Source: Podarcis muralis
Lineage: Eukaryota
Reading direction: 5' to 3'
Assembly (NCBI RefSeq): GCF_964188315.1
Contig: NC_135661.1
Location: forward strand, 57,226,001-57,290,000
Length of the DNA stretch: 64,000 nt
The position numbers were made by a program, and so were the translations under genes. The notes under the pieces are model-generated. The model was not told where the DNA came from. It was given only the letters and a program-made list of their open reading frames with translations, and ran no database searches. Shown here piece after piece: positions 1-12,715 of the stretch; position 1 is the stretch's first letter; each line of letters opens with the position of its first letter.

Positions 1-818
1 TTGCAAAAATCTATCATTTGCCCGATAACAAATGTTGGAAATGTAAAGAAACTGAAGGTACATTCTTTCACCTTTGGTGGACGTGCCCAAGGATTAAGGC
101 TTTCTGGGAGATGATATATAATGAAATGAAAAAGGTATTTAAATATACCTTCTTGAAGAAACCAGAGGTCTTTCTCCTGGGCATCGTAGGCCAATTGGTG
201 CCAAAAAAGAATAGAACTTTCTTTATGTATGCCACGACAGCAGCAAGAACACTTATTGCAAAGTATTGGAAGACACAAGATATACCCACCCTGGAAGAAT
301 GGCAGATGAAGGTGATGGACTATATGGAACTGGCAGAAATGACCGGCAGAATCCGAGACCAGGGAGAAGAGTCAGTGGAAGAAGATTGGAAGAAATTTAA
401 AGACTATTTACATAAATATTGTAAAATTAATGAATGTTAGAATGATGTTGGATAAAAAGTTAAGTGGTTTTTAGCTATAACGCTATAAGGAATATGAAAA
501 AATGGAGTATTAGCAGGTAAAAATTTAATGTTATAATATTTTAAGATTAAAGACTAGGATAAACAAAGAGGGAAAGGATTTGCTGAACTAATAAATTGAA
601 TTGGAATACAAAAAGGGAGGTGTGAGGAGGTCTGGGAAACAAGCAAATGAAAAATAAGTGATGGAAAGATGGAATTGTTTTTTAACTATTTTTATTTTGT
701 AATTTTCTTTTTTCGTTTTTTATTCTGTAAAATCTTAATAAATATCTTTTTAAAAAAAGAAAACTTTTTTTATTCTGTAAAATCTTAATAAATATCTTTT
801 AAAAAAAAAGAAAACTTG
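1..818 (+). mobile_element. 3' end of an L1-clade LINE (ORF2 C-terminal Cys-rich region, 3'UTR, AATAAA and A-rich tail)
   Basis: ORF 18..440 reads CWKCKETEGTFFHLWWTC...FWE...TLEEWQMKVMDY, typical of the L1 ORF2 C-terminal CCHC-type region. It is followed by an AT-rich 3'UTR and a duplicated AATAAA/A-run tail at 721-818. Confidence 0.85.
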
Positions 819-2467
819 GGTTTTTTAAATGAAGTTTTTAAAAGGGAGGGGAATGGGTCAAGAGATGGGGCTGTGGGGGTGGAGCGTTGGTCTGCCCCCT
901 AACAGTGCCTGAGCCCTTCAGACTCCAATCCCTCTCTATCATGCCCTATCAACAAATATGGAAGTTCACAGCTCTTATTTAGCAGCATCCAGGGTGGAGG
1001 TGATTCTGAGCAGCAAAGACACAGGAATGAAGCTGCTGAGCCCCAATCAGGAATCCCAGGAGAGCATCTGAGCCTGGGGCAGTGGATTAATGTGTTCCCA
1101 CTACAAACAATACTAGGAATGCCTTAACATGTTGCTTTAACTGTCATGGGGCTTACCAAAGACAGAGCAAAGAGGTAAACCCCATGCAGGAGCATCTCAG
1201 CCACTTCTGCAGGTAATGGGGTGAACCTCCCTGCTGGACACACAGAAGGGAGGAATTGCAACCAGAGCACACAGTTCCTGAGCCAGCATACTGTTAAATG
1301 TGTGTGAAGTGGGAGAGAAGGGAGATTGTGCCACCTGGGTACAATGCTGTGCTCATGACTTAGCCTCTCCCACTCCCACCCCAAGTTAGGAGGGGAGGGG
1401 AGACAGCAGTGACTGTGTGTGTACCCACACACCCTGTCCTCTTGCAAATTACGGGGTGGGGTAGCGATCCTTGAAAGGTGTGTTTGGCCAGTCACACTCA
1501 TGGCTGGGCGGCATCATCCTGAAGATTGGAGGAGAGACCCTCTTAAGAATATTAGGGGGGTGGGCAAGGGAAGGACTACACCATGTGAAAAATGAACATA
1601 ATATTTTAACTGCAGTTCATTCATTTTCAGCTTTGTATTCTTGTTATAAAAAAGTGTGCCCATAACCTAGGTTTAAGGTGCCATTCAGCTCCTAGCTTTC
1701 TTATCTCAGTTTCTAACACTGTTACTCATATGTAGCAAAGGGAGGGGACAAGAGTAGGTTGTTGGTTTGTTGCAGACGGCACCTTGTTTCAGCAGGAAGT
1801 TGGTGAGAGTTACGATTGGGAGTGACTGTGCTTTTTATCATTATAGTGATGGGTGGTTTGGCCTCCATTGTGAAGAGAAGAGAGCTTATGCAAAGAGAGT
1901 CCCAGTGGAAAGTCCAGGAGCCTCTGAGCCCTCAACAGTGATCTTCCAGCTATTTCCCCACCATAATATTAATGAAATGTTCAGAAGGCTTTTTTTTGTA
2001 GGGTTTGGATCCCTTTTGAATTTAATAATTAATATTGTACAAATTTACAGCCTGCCCTCACTCAACAACTTTGTGTCGTCGTCCCCCCCCAAGTTTTTGT
2101 GTCCCTATTTATGGGACACAATTTACCGTATGTGTCAACCCTATTTATAACTTCCAGGACAAACAAGTGTGGGATGTGCCCTGGCCCCCCTGAGCCCCCT
2201 CTCCATAAACACCCCTGCAGCCCCTTTTTGTCAGAAAAGCAACCTAGTCAGAACATTACCAGGTGGGGGAAGGGACCAATTTGCCGTTTTGTGGAGTACG
2301 GGGGTGGCGACAGACAATGAGCCAGTTCAGCTTCACAGTCAAAATGCCCCCTGCTGCTTTCACACTCATTGAAGAAATATGGGTGAGCAATAAGTGCCCA
2401 GGAATGGGGCACTTATATGCAGCTCTCAGACTAAAAATAAAATAAAATAATGTTCCTTGCTATAAGG

Positions 2468-2725
2468 CAGGGGTGGCCAATTCCCAAGAGACTGCGATCT
2501 ACTCACAGAGTTAAAAACTTGCAGTGATCTACCCCCTTTTTTGGGGTTCAGGTCAAAGTTTTTTTAGGGAGGAGGAAAGCCCCCTTTTTGGGGGTGTAAG
2601 GCAGTAATGTTGAGCTTTTTTAAGGGGAGACAAAGTTGTTGAGCTTCTTTGGGGGGAGCCAGTGATCTACCACAAACGTCTAGTGATCTACCACTAGATC
2701 ACGATCTACCTGTTGGACGTGCCTG
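2468..2725. mobile_element. hAT-type MITE with perfect 8-bp TSD
   Basis: Termini CAGGGGTGGCCAA...TTGGACGTGCCTG are imperfect TIRs. CTATAAGG flanks both ends (2460-2467 and 2726-2733). Subterminal GATCTAC motifs are repeated. Confidence 0.85.
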
Positions 2726-3183
2726 CTATAAGGCAAATATCTGACATTTACAAGTTATCAGGAAGAAAAGGCACTGCTACTGTGGCACAAAGTTGGGGGA
2801 CAACTTTGGGCGATCACTGGTATTGGTCGCGCGCATCCCCGTCCCCGTCCTCCGCCGCCGCCGGGGGTTGCTATACTGGTGGACAGGGCAGCTTCGCCCC
2901 ACTGCTGGGGACGGGGAAAGTCATGGACCTCCCACTGAAGGCAATAGCCGAATCCAAGACGCTACTTCCCTCCGTGTTCCACCAAGCCCAGGACGGGGCA
3001 CAGCTTGATTTGAGGCACACCCCATTCCCACCTCATTCCACCTGCTGCAAGGGAAGGTCCTCCGGCAGGGTGGCCCTGAAAGGCTCCTGGCCCGTTGGGC
3101 GCCAGCAATCGCCACGCAGCAAGTAGGGGAGTGGGGTACCCCCACAAAGAGCTTCCTGTCTCATCACTTAATCAGGCGCCCCC

Positions 3184-3185
<2 letters not shown>

Positions 3186-3222
<37 letters not shown>
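3186..3222. repeat. (CA)n microsatellite
   Basis: Direct reading of the sequence. Confidence 0.95.
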
Positions 3223-3223
<1 letters not shown>

Positions 3224-3379
3224 TGTCTCCTCTATCTCGTCTGGCCCAACGGGGGCTTCTTCCGCGGCCAGCAGGAGCTGAAACAGCCATCTCTTTAAAA
3301 ATGAAAACAATGGGCAACTCTCAGCCTCCAGCCCCACGCCCGCAGGGATACAGTTTGCTCCATTCTCACGAGACATTCG

Positions 3380-3720
3380 CGTGTCGGAATGGTCACAAAA
3401 CTGGGCACGATCCTCGTCCCCTCACCCCCCCGGCTCTGCAAGGGTTAATGTCGCTCGCGAATGAAGGGGCGGTGCGACGGTTCGTCCCCGCCCTCGCCAA
3501 CCCCGAGCAGCCCCATCCGCCTCTGCACATCCCGCGCCGACCCCCATAGCTATAGCCATAGTGTTTCCGCCGGAACTCTCCTGCGCCGGGGAAGGTACCG
3601 CGAGGGACCGCTGGAAGCGTGGCTTCCGGTTTTGAGGGTTCGCCACTTCCGGTCCCGCCGAGCGGGACTCGAGTCGTAATACCGGCCTCCTCCTCCGCTA
3701 CTGTTGCCGCCGCCGCCATG
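3380..3720 (+). promoter_or_regulatory. SF3A3: SF3A3 CpG-island promoter and 5'UTR
   Basis: CpG-dense region with an ETS/GABP-type motif CACTTCCGG near 3644 and GCCGCCGCCGCCATGG Kozak context at 3718. Confidence 0.75.
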
Positions 3721-6700
3721 GAAACTATCCTGGAGCAGCAGCGCCGCTACCACGAGGAGCGCGAGCGGCTGATGGACGTCATGGTCAAGGAGATGCTCAC
3801 GCGGAAGTCCACGGTGAGGAGGGGGAAGGGGAGGCTGGTGGCGCCTGCCCCGCATCGCCCCACACCCGCGATTGACCCGCACCCCCTCATCCCTCTTTGT
3901 CTCTCTCTCTCCCTCTGAGCAGCTTCGAGACCAGATCAACTCGGACCACCGCACGCGGGCCATGCAGGATGTGAGTAGGCCGGGCCTTGTCTTGTGGGGG
4001 GGGGGCGTTACTTTACTGTTTATTCATATGCCGCCTTTCAACTAAGAAGGCTCCCAAGGCGGCTGCCCAGAACAAACGGGTATATACAAATGCAAGAAAG
4101 CAAGTCCAAAACAACGCAAATGCAAATGATAACATATCTGAAGGATTCCAGCAGGATTGAAAACTGAACATATCCACGCTCCTGCCAAAAAGGCAAAGAG
4201 CATTCCCTAAAACAAACGTTAAGAAGAGATAAGAATGTTTAAGTCATCATCTTTGCCTTATAAGGGTTCCAGGTGGGGCTGGGAGGGGACAAGGCTGGTG
4301 CCTCTTGATGGTCCCAGCAGACTCTCCCCTGTAGCAAATGATGTTACATTGGCATAGGTGGCACTAAGAAAACTTGGAAAGCAAGTAGGAGGCATAATTC
4401 AGTGACACAAGATGCAGGAGCAGCAAGTGCCTCAAGACAACCAGAGAGGCAGAAGGGACAGCTGATGGTGCAAGGCTGCCGTTTTACCATGAAGCCCAGC
4501 CCCTTCTAGCTTGGGGAGGCTGCTGCTGCCACCAGAGCTGTTATGGCTGACTCCTGGGCCTTGCCCTTCTTTTCCTTCCAGAGATACATGGAGGTGAGCG
4601 GCAACTTGAGAGACTTGTACGACGACAAAGACGGGTAAGAAGGGTCTTCCTCCCTGGCAGTTTCTTTGGGGAGGGGGCAGCAGACTTTGAACTGGCAGGA
4701 CCTGGTGGGGGCCTCCAGTTGAATGGGTACTGGAAGGGAGGGGGAGCACTTAAAATCCAGAAAGCACGGACTGCTGTTGTCCTTGTTCCATGTGCAGCAC
4801 CAATCAGGCCAGATCCCTTATTTCTTTCTCCTTCTGCAAGCAATCCTGCTAGCCAATCTGAAAAGGCTTCCTCCTCCTGTTTTCTATAGGTTGCGGAAGG
4901 AAGAACTCAGTGCCATTTCAGGGCCCAATGAGTTTGCTGAGTTCTACAATCGTTTGAAGCAGATTAAAGAGTTCCATCGGAAACACCCAAATGAGGTGAG
5001 GTTGTGTGTGTGTGTAATGAATCCTCAAGAAGTAGCACCACTGACTAGTTGCCCTACTTGGTCTGAAGACCCTGGGATTTCATGGTTGCTTCTGGTATTG
5101 TGAAAGTGACTTGACTGCCTGTGCTGTAGCCTATATTCTATATTTTCTAGTTTGAACTTTGCTTCTAGTATGGAAAGATGCATACAGGAAGCAATCTCCA
5201 CTACCTCTTTTCATGCTGTCCTTTTATGCACCAAATACACACAGCTTTTCTTCCCAAAACCTTTTGGCAGTTGTTCAACTTCTCTCCTTGTCTGCCTCCC
5301 AAAATTTGGTAGTGCAGTGGTTTCCAAACTTTTTCATGCTAATTCCGCCTTGGTTCCATAAATTCACCTCCAGTGCCTCCTTGCCCTACAAAAAGCATTA
5401 TTCAGAATAGTGGTTTGCACAACTCACTAAAGAAGATAATAACACAATAAAATGCAAAACAGTAACAATTAATTGCATGCTTATTCAAAATCCAATTAAA
5501 ACTATTTATCTTAATTAATTCAACAGAATTGATGAACTTGATCCAGTAATACTTGCTTTTCAAAGTCTGATAGTTATTTAGCAAGATTATTAATTACCAC
5601 ATTTAGTAACTACTTTACTATTCAGTAAATTCGTAATGTGATGGACAGACTTGATAAAGTGAAATCTGTTTCCCAATGTCTGGTTTAAAGTCACTTTGCA
5701 GGAGCCTTAAATCTCCATGTTTTGTAAAAGTTTATTTATTTGCTTGGAGAGCAAATTCCACCAAATATGATGTTGGAAATGCAACAAGGAGTTTTTTAAC
5801 CATTGTCACTAGTGCAGGATATCAATCAGAAATTGCCTCAAAAGTGATAAGAGTAAAAGAAATAAGCAGTAAGAAGTGAAGAAAGTGTTTCATTCTAGGC
5901 TCTATCCTGGTCAATCATAAATAAGCGAAAAACATGCTTGTAAAAGCACATCTGCAGTAACCCCACTCCACCCCAGGAGGTGATAATACCCACTTGGGGA
6001 ACCACTGTTGTAATGTGTCTGTCCCCTTAGTCTTCTGTTGTCTCTTGCAAACTTATTTCTTTCCTTCGTGTCTTGTCTAACTACTAGCATAAGGTCTAAT
6101 GTATTTTGGATCAGGTATCACTGCATTTATTACCTGTTCATTATCTGGCCTATTAATCCTAAACACCTGTAGTAATCTGTCCCTTGTAGATTTGTGTGCC
6201 GATGTCGGTGGAGTTTGAGGAGCTCTTGAAGGCTCGGGAGAATCCCAGTGAAGAGGCTCAGAGTAAGTTTTAAATCTAACCTGTCTGGCATAACCCCTTA
6301 CTTGGCCTCCTATTCTGATGCCCATTACACATTCCAGATAGTTGGAACAAATGGGCAGAGGACCTATTGCTGCAAGATTGCTTCTTGCTTGTCTTCATCT
6401 GCACTGTAGCCAAGCTAGAGGAAATGCTCTTTGTTCTTGGCCTGGGGATTCAGTTCTCTTCCTCATTATGCCAGTTCTGAGTTGTCTGTCTCTATTTGTT
6501 TTCTGCAGACCTTGTGGAGTTCACTGATGAAGAAGGATATGGCCGCTACTTGGACCTGCATGACTGTTATCTCAAGTACATTAACCTCAAGTCCTCAGAG
6601 GTGAGATTTCCAACCAGGTTGTCTAGGATTTGGAAGCATCTCTTGTCCTCTGTTCTATACCCAAATGGCCCTGCCCACCAAGTATAGCATGCATTAGAGT

Positions 6701-9700
6701 GCAAACAGAAGGAAAAAGGAATGGAGAAGGAACAAGCAACAGGTGTTCAAGCACTAATTCTTCATAGCTTCAGAAATATTTAATAACCAGGGAGACAGTT
6801 CTGGGAAGAGCAAAATGGAGGCAGATGGTCCCAGCTGAACCAATAGAGTTGGCCTTTCCGTCTCCCTCTTCCGCCTAATGGAATGCAGCTAAGGGTGTGA
6901 GCGGCAGGGAGTAGGGATTATCCAGGAAACGATTCAGTGCCTGCATTGGGATCTTGCATGAAGTCACAGTTAATTATCTCTTTTTCCCTGTCCTCTGCAG
7001 AAATTGGATTATATCACATACCTGTCCACTTTTGACCAGCTTTTTGACATTCCTAAGGAGAGGAAAAATGCTGAATACAGGAGGTGAGAACTCAGAACTT
7101 TTTTGGGGGGGGAGGAAGAGAACAGACATTAAACTCTTCCAAAGCCTTTAATGTATCTTTATCAGTCTGGGCTATTTTTTGTGTTCTGCTCCAAAAGTTT
7201 TAAAGCCATTCAAGTTGTTTTATGCCCCCCAAAATCCATTGTGACCAGATTTTCTCTGTCACCCACGTGGGCTTAGTAACAAGCCGAAAGAACCATAAAC
7301 CTTGTTTGGCATCTTTCTGTGTAGGATCTCTGTTGGCTGGCTCCTCGCAACGGGGTGAGGAGCATTGTTTGATTATGAGGCAGTCACCTCCTCCCTCTCT
7401 TCCCTTGGTGATTGTTACAGGTACCTGGAGATGCTCCTGGAATACCTGCAGGATTATACAGACCGAGTGAAGCCATTGCTGGATCAGAACGAGCTGTTTG
7501 GCAAAATCCAGGCAGAATTTGAGAAGAAGTGGGAGAACGGCACTTTCCCTGGTTGGCCGGTGAGCAGTGCCCAGGATGGGGTGGGAGCTGGAGGTTTGGC
7601 AAGATCATGGTCCCATGGAGCAGGTCTCTGCTGACAGGCTCCTTGAACCACCTTAGGAGCTCTAAGTATTTGGCCACCAAAGCTCTGGACTGTGTTTTGG
7701 GGGGGGGATCTTGAGCCACTAACCCTCTTGTTGTCTCTTGGCAGAAAGAGACCAGCAGCGCCCTCACCCATGCTGGGGCCCACCTGGACCTGTCAGCCTT
7801 TTCTTCCTGGGAGGTTTGTTTGCCTGTCTTGTTGGTGCTGGGAAGGGAGCAGGAGGGGAAGGGCTGCAGCTCAGAGGCAGAACACCTACTTTGCATGCAG
7901 AAGGTGCCAAGTTTGATCCCCAGTGACATCTCTGTTTAGGGCTGGGAAATACTCTCTGCCTGAAACCCTGGGGAACCATTGCTGCTAGTCAGTGTAGACG
8001 ATACTGAGCTAGATGGACCAGTGATCTGCCTCTGTATAAGGCAGCTTCCGAGCTTTCCAGAACAGTTGCTGCTGCTGCTGCCGCCGCCGCCGCCTTTGCT
8101 TTCTGTGGTGTGCAGGGACTTTGGCTAGGTTCTTGCTACCCATTGCCCGGCCAAACAAGGGAAAGGAGATGGTTAACTTACAGCCAAGTCATGTCAGCTC
8201 TGTGCATCTGTGCTTCTTCCACAGGAATTGGCCTCCCTTGGACTGGACAGGCTGAAATCTGCACTGCTGGCTTTGGGTCTGAAATGTGGTGGGTAAGTAA
8301 AGGATTTGTTTGGAGCTGGCTATGGGGGTAGGTTGCTGTTGCTGCTACTGGACCCTGTGTATGACACCCAGTGAAGCTGAATTCAGATAAAAGAAAATAC
8401 TTCTTCATGCTTCACAGAGTTAAACTAAGGAACTTGCTCCCATAGGAGGCAGTCATGGCCACCAACATAGGTGGCTTTAAAATAGGGTTAGACAAATTCA
8501 CAGAGGAGAGGACTGTTGATGGCTACCAGCCCTGATGTCTATGCTCTGTTTCCACAGTTGGAGGTAGTGATGCTTCTGAGTACCCTTTGCTGGAAACCAC
8601 AGGAAAGGAGAGTGCTCTTGTACTCGATTCCTGCCTGTGGTCTTCATACTGGGGCATCTGGTTGGCCACTGTGAGAACAGGATGTTGAACTTGATGGGCC
8701 ACAGGCCTGATCCAGCAAGCTCTTATGTTCTTACATGAGAGGTCTGGCTGTTTGGATGGGCTCTGGGTTTATCCGGATCTGGAGATGCAAGCACGTAATG
8801 CGTTTCTTCTCTCCCTTCTCTCCAGGACTCTAGAGGAACGTGCTCAGAGGCTGTTCAGCACCAAGGGCAAGTCTCTGGAGGCCCTTGACCCTTCTCTCTT
8901 TGCCAAGAACCCAAAGACAAAGGGCAGCAAGCGGTGAGGCCCAAGGGGCTTTGGTTGGGGTGAAGTTGAACATGCCCTGCTCAGATCACCTTCCGGCAGA
9001 GGGGCAGCTCCTTGCTTCTCTGCCAGTGGCTGGGTGGGAGAGATGCTGTCCTTGGCCTTAGCTTTGACTAGCAACCTGAGCTGTGCAGCCCATGTGGGTC
9101 CTCCTGGTGCTGCAAGTGGTGTGGTGTGTGTGTAGCCTTATCCCTTCATCCAGCCGTTTCCTTGACAGGGACACTGAGAGGAACAAGGACTTGGCTTTCC
9201 TGGAGGCTCAGATCTACGAGCACGTGGAGATTCTTGGGGTAAGCTCTCTCTCCCATTCTTCTCCCTAGCCATTGGGGTTCTGTTGTGGTTCAGTAGGCCT
9301 CCTACTGTACTCACTGCCTCTGTTTCCCAATCCTTGTAGGAGCAGCGGCAGCTGACTCATGAAAATGTGCAGCGCAAGCAGGCACGGACCGGTGAGGAAC
9401 GCGAAGAGGAGGAGGAGGAACAGATCAGTGAGAGTGAGAGTGAAGACGAAGAGAACGAAATCATCTACAACCCCAAGAACCTGCCCCTTGGGTGGGATGG
9501 CAAAGTAAGCCCGGCTCATTGTGGGGCTCACAGCACACCCCAGGGGATGGGAGGAAGCGACTGCTTTGTGTGCTCACACTCTTTCTCTTCTCCCCCCCCC
9601 CCTTGCCTTCCAGCCCATCCCTTATTGGCTGTATAAGCTCCACGGCCTGAACATCAACTACAATTGTGAGATCTGTGGGAACTACACCTACCGTGGGCCC

Positions 9701-11532
9701 AAAGCTTTCCAACGACACTTTGCGGTAGGACACTGGAAAGTGCCAAAATATTTATTGGGGGGGGGGGTGTTTGAACAAATTATCAGCTTGCATGAGGTTC
9801 AGGGCTCTTGCTAGGCAGTAGTCCTTGAATCTTAACACTTGCAGAGCCCCCCCCCCCCCCCGTGCAGTGGGGGGGGGCCCTTCCCAACTGGCTGCTTTTT
9901 AGCTTAGCCTTCTTTTCGAGACCCAGGTTGTGTGGCAGTTCTGCATGGACGGCAGTGGCACAGGCCAGCCTCTTCTCTGCCCTCCTTCCCCCCTCCCTCT
10001 GGAGCACTTTGGCTCCATCATGGCCAAGCCTTGATGCTCCTCTATGTTCCATAGGAATGGCGCCACGCCCATGGAATGCGATGCCTGGGAATCCCCAACA
10101 CAGCTCACTTTGCCAACGTCACGCAGATTGAAGATGCTGTTTCATGTAAGTAGCCACAAGTTGCCTTCCTGGCCCTGGGCTTGCCTGTGGCTGCCAGTTT
10201 CACATTGTGGGGGGGGGGCATCCTGTCAGAGTGATGGGCCTGCTCTGCCAGCTGCTGGCTTGTTGTGTGATTTATTTACCTCTTTGCTGATGTGCCAGGA
10301 TCAGCAGAGTGACTGGGTGGGTGGAACTTCTCAGAGGGGCAACTTGTGGTGTGGCAGGAGCCTGATCCTTTACCCCTGGTTGGGCAGGGGTGCAGGGCTT
10401 CTGGTGCTTCCCCAAGCAGAGTAGCAGCTATCCCTCCACCTGGGTATCTTGGGTTGTGACTGGGAGCTAGCAGTTGACGGTCGCCTCTGACAGTTTGTGC
10501 ATGTGTGTTTACAGTGTGGGCAAAGCTGAAGCAACAGAAGGCTTCGGAGAGGTGGCAGCCGGACACAGAAGTAAGCTGGGTTGGGACATCCCTTGCAGTT
10601 GTCTGTTGGGAATGGGACTGGGAGGACCAGGCCGGGGGTTAGTGGTGTGTGTGCCTTCAGCTCCGGTCCCCATGGCAAATTCTACCGAGGTCCCCAATGT
10701 TTAGCAAAGGGAATGCAAAGGCTGGCGCTGGCTAGCAAAGCCCACTGAAGTCATGGGGGATAAGAACTATTGGTTGTTACCGGTCACGTGACCAGGGGAG
10801 CCTGCCCTGAAATGTCCCAGGGTGGAGAGGAGCTCCTCCCATGTCCAGATTGGCTGTTTCCTCCATAACTGTCCACCCTATTTCCCCTCCTACACAGGCA
10901 TCTGTTGTGTGTCCCTGCCCCATTCCCAGCATGTAGTTAACTGGCTGTGGGGTTTCATTAGTCTAAACATGTTTCTGTGCATTGGTTTCTCCCTTGGCTA
11001 CTGATTCCTCCCTTTTGTGTTTGGGTGAGGCTGTTTCAGCCACATAAGCAACAGCACTCGGGGCTGAATGTCAGAAACAGGGCATGACAGCTCAGTGGAG
11101 CCTCCATATTCAGATGCAGAATAGAGGGGTGCTGGAATGCTCTCTGTTGTTCTCCTGCCTTGCTTCAGGGATTCCCAGAAGCACCTGATTGGCCAAAGGA
11201 GGCTGGACTTGATTGGCTCCTCAGAGAGTCTCATCAGAGGCAGTGCATCCCATTTTGCCGCTTGAGGCTGATGCCGCTCCACTTCTCCCCCAGTGGCCGG
11301 GCTGGCAGGGTGTCTGCAGAGGCTTCTGTCGCCTGTGGCAGCAGCTTCTGGGTTTCAGCGCTTTGCTGTCTCCATGGTGGGGGGGACCTTCACCTTAGGG
11401 CCCTGGTACTGCTTTCCTGGTTTTCCCCACACCTGGGCTTCTCTGTCAACCTAGGAGGAATACGAGGATTCCAGTGGGAACGTGGTCAACAAGAAGACCT
11501 ATGAAGATCTGAAGCGCCAAGGCCTGCTGTGA
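3718..11532 (+). CDS. SF3A3: Splicing factor 3A subunit 3 (SF3a60/Prp9 homolog), 17 coding exons
   Basis: GT-AG exons with consistent phases: 3718-3813, 3923-3970, 4582-4634, 4890-4995, 6190-6262, 6509-6600, 7001-7083, 7421-7559, 7745-7813, 8225-8292, 8826-8933, 9169-9238, 9340-9504, 9614-9724, 10055-10145, 10515-10570, 11455-11532. Protein [20 protein letters not shown]...[30 protein letters not shown] (U1-type zinc finger)...[12 protein letters not shown] is nearly identical to human SF3A3 as recalled. Confidence 0.98.
5315..6007. mobile_element. hAT (Charlie/MER5-like TIR) non-autonomous element in SF3A3 intron 4
   Basis: Termini CAGTGGTTTCCAAA...TTGGGAACCACTG, with a degenerate 8-bp TSD (tggtagtg/ttgtaatg). 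Internal sequence matches the copy at 30328-30864. Confidence 0.75.
7868..8050 (+). mobile_element. Squam3-like tRNA-derived SINE
   Basis: tRNA-like head (AGCTCAG...TTTGCATGCAGAAGG...TTTGATCCCCAG) and tail GTCAGTGTAGAC.ATACTGAGCTAGATGGACC...TATAAGGCAGCTTCC. Similar copies occur at about 12530, 53300 and 61370. Confidence 0.7.
8410..8730 (+). mobile_element. CR1 LINE 3' fragment
   Basis: End of the RT frame plus 3'UTR (GGCTTTAAAATAGGGTTAGACAAATTC...TGATCCAGCAAGCTCTTATGTTCTTA). A similar copy lies at 32430-32730. Confidence 0.7.
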
Positions 11533-11678
11533 TCAGAGGAGACGTTGGCCCGACACACCCCACCCCAGACCTCCCATGTTGCGTGTGTGCCTGTTGTTCC
11601 CCCCTTCATGGGAGCAGGTGCTTCAAGGACACTTACAGCTCACAGGGTGATGATTCCTGTAACAATTTTTTCATAAAA

Positions 11679-11684
11679 AATAAA
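11679..11684 (+). terminator. SF3A3: Probable SF3A3 polyadenylation signal (AATAAA)
   Basis: First AATAAA, about 150 nt after the stop codon, with GT/T-rich sequence downstream. Confidence 0.65.
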
Positions 11685-12529
11685 CCTTAGTTTTAAAGGC
11701 AGAAGGAATGGGCACCTGGTGTGGTCTGCAGCTTTATTTGATAGACACGTTCAGGCTTCCTCCCAGCTTCTTTCACACATAATGCATCCTTGTTCACTAG
11801 AAGTGGGACACTAGGCACAGATTCAGTCCCTCACTGAGAACTAAGCCAGAGCTGAACTTTCCGTTCCCAAATTACTCCCTCAGAAGCTGGTGGACTCTTT
11901 CATTGGATATATTTAAGAAGAGATTGGATGGCCATCTTCCAGGGATTATTTAGCTGCGATTCCTGCATTGCGGGGGTTGAACTCAAGCCTTTGGGCCCCT
12001 TCCAACTCCACTGGTCTATCATTTTAGGGTTGTTCCTTTGTCCCTCCTTGTAGTTCACTAGGCCCGTTTCTGTTTCAGTTGAGCAGGAAGGAAAAGAAGA
12101 AAGTGCCTTTGTTTGCAGCTACTCAAGGCCTGGCTGTGACAGGCAATTGTGTTCACTAGGTTTCCCCAAACCCACCCGCTTCTTCAGCAGCTGCTGGTAA
12201 ATATCCTGCTACTGCTTCCAGCTCCTGGGTCCTAATGCCTACAGGCAACTTTACACTTGTCTTAAGGGCTATTTGCGTTGGAAAACAGCTATTGTGGCTC
12301 TGAGGCAGGGAGTTGCTGGGTGGAAAAGACAGGCATGCCCTTGCAGGTCTCACATGTGTATGGGACAAGGGGGTTGCAATCTAGTTGGAAAAGGAAATAA
12401 AACCATCCAAGGTTGCTGCAGCGGTGGTGGTGGCGGCCGCTGCTCTGGCAAGCCACAAGGGAAGACCATAACATAACCCACCGCACGTAACACCTGTGTC
12501 TTCTGAAGTCTCTGTTTGGGGAAGGACCA

Positions 12530-12715
12530 TACCTCAGTGTAGAGCATCTCCCTTGCAAGCAGATGATCCCAGGTTCGGTCTCCTGCAGCACCTCCCAGTT
12601 GTGTTGGGAGAGACTCCCACCTGAAATCCTGGAGAGCTGCTGCCAGTCAGTGCAGACAGTACTGAACTAGATGGAGTAATGGTTTTTATTCAGTATAAGG
12701 CAGCTTTCTGTGTTT
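12530..12715 (+). mobile_element. Squam3-like SINE
   Basis: AGAGCATCTCCCTTGCAAGCAGATGATCCCAGGTTC...GCTGCTGCCAGTCAGTGCAGACAGTACTGAACTAGATGG...TATAAGGCAGCTT. Confidence 0.65.

Noticed and set aside
9845-9880. C-run/G-run inverted pair and many other poly-G/poly-C tracts
   Set aside because: Homopolymer tracts are common throughout the window and prone to sequencing error; no specific function can be supported.
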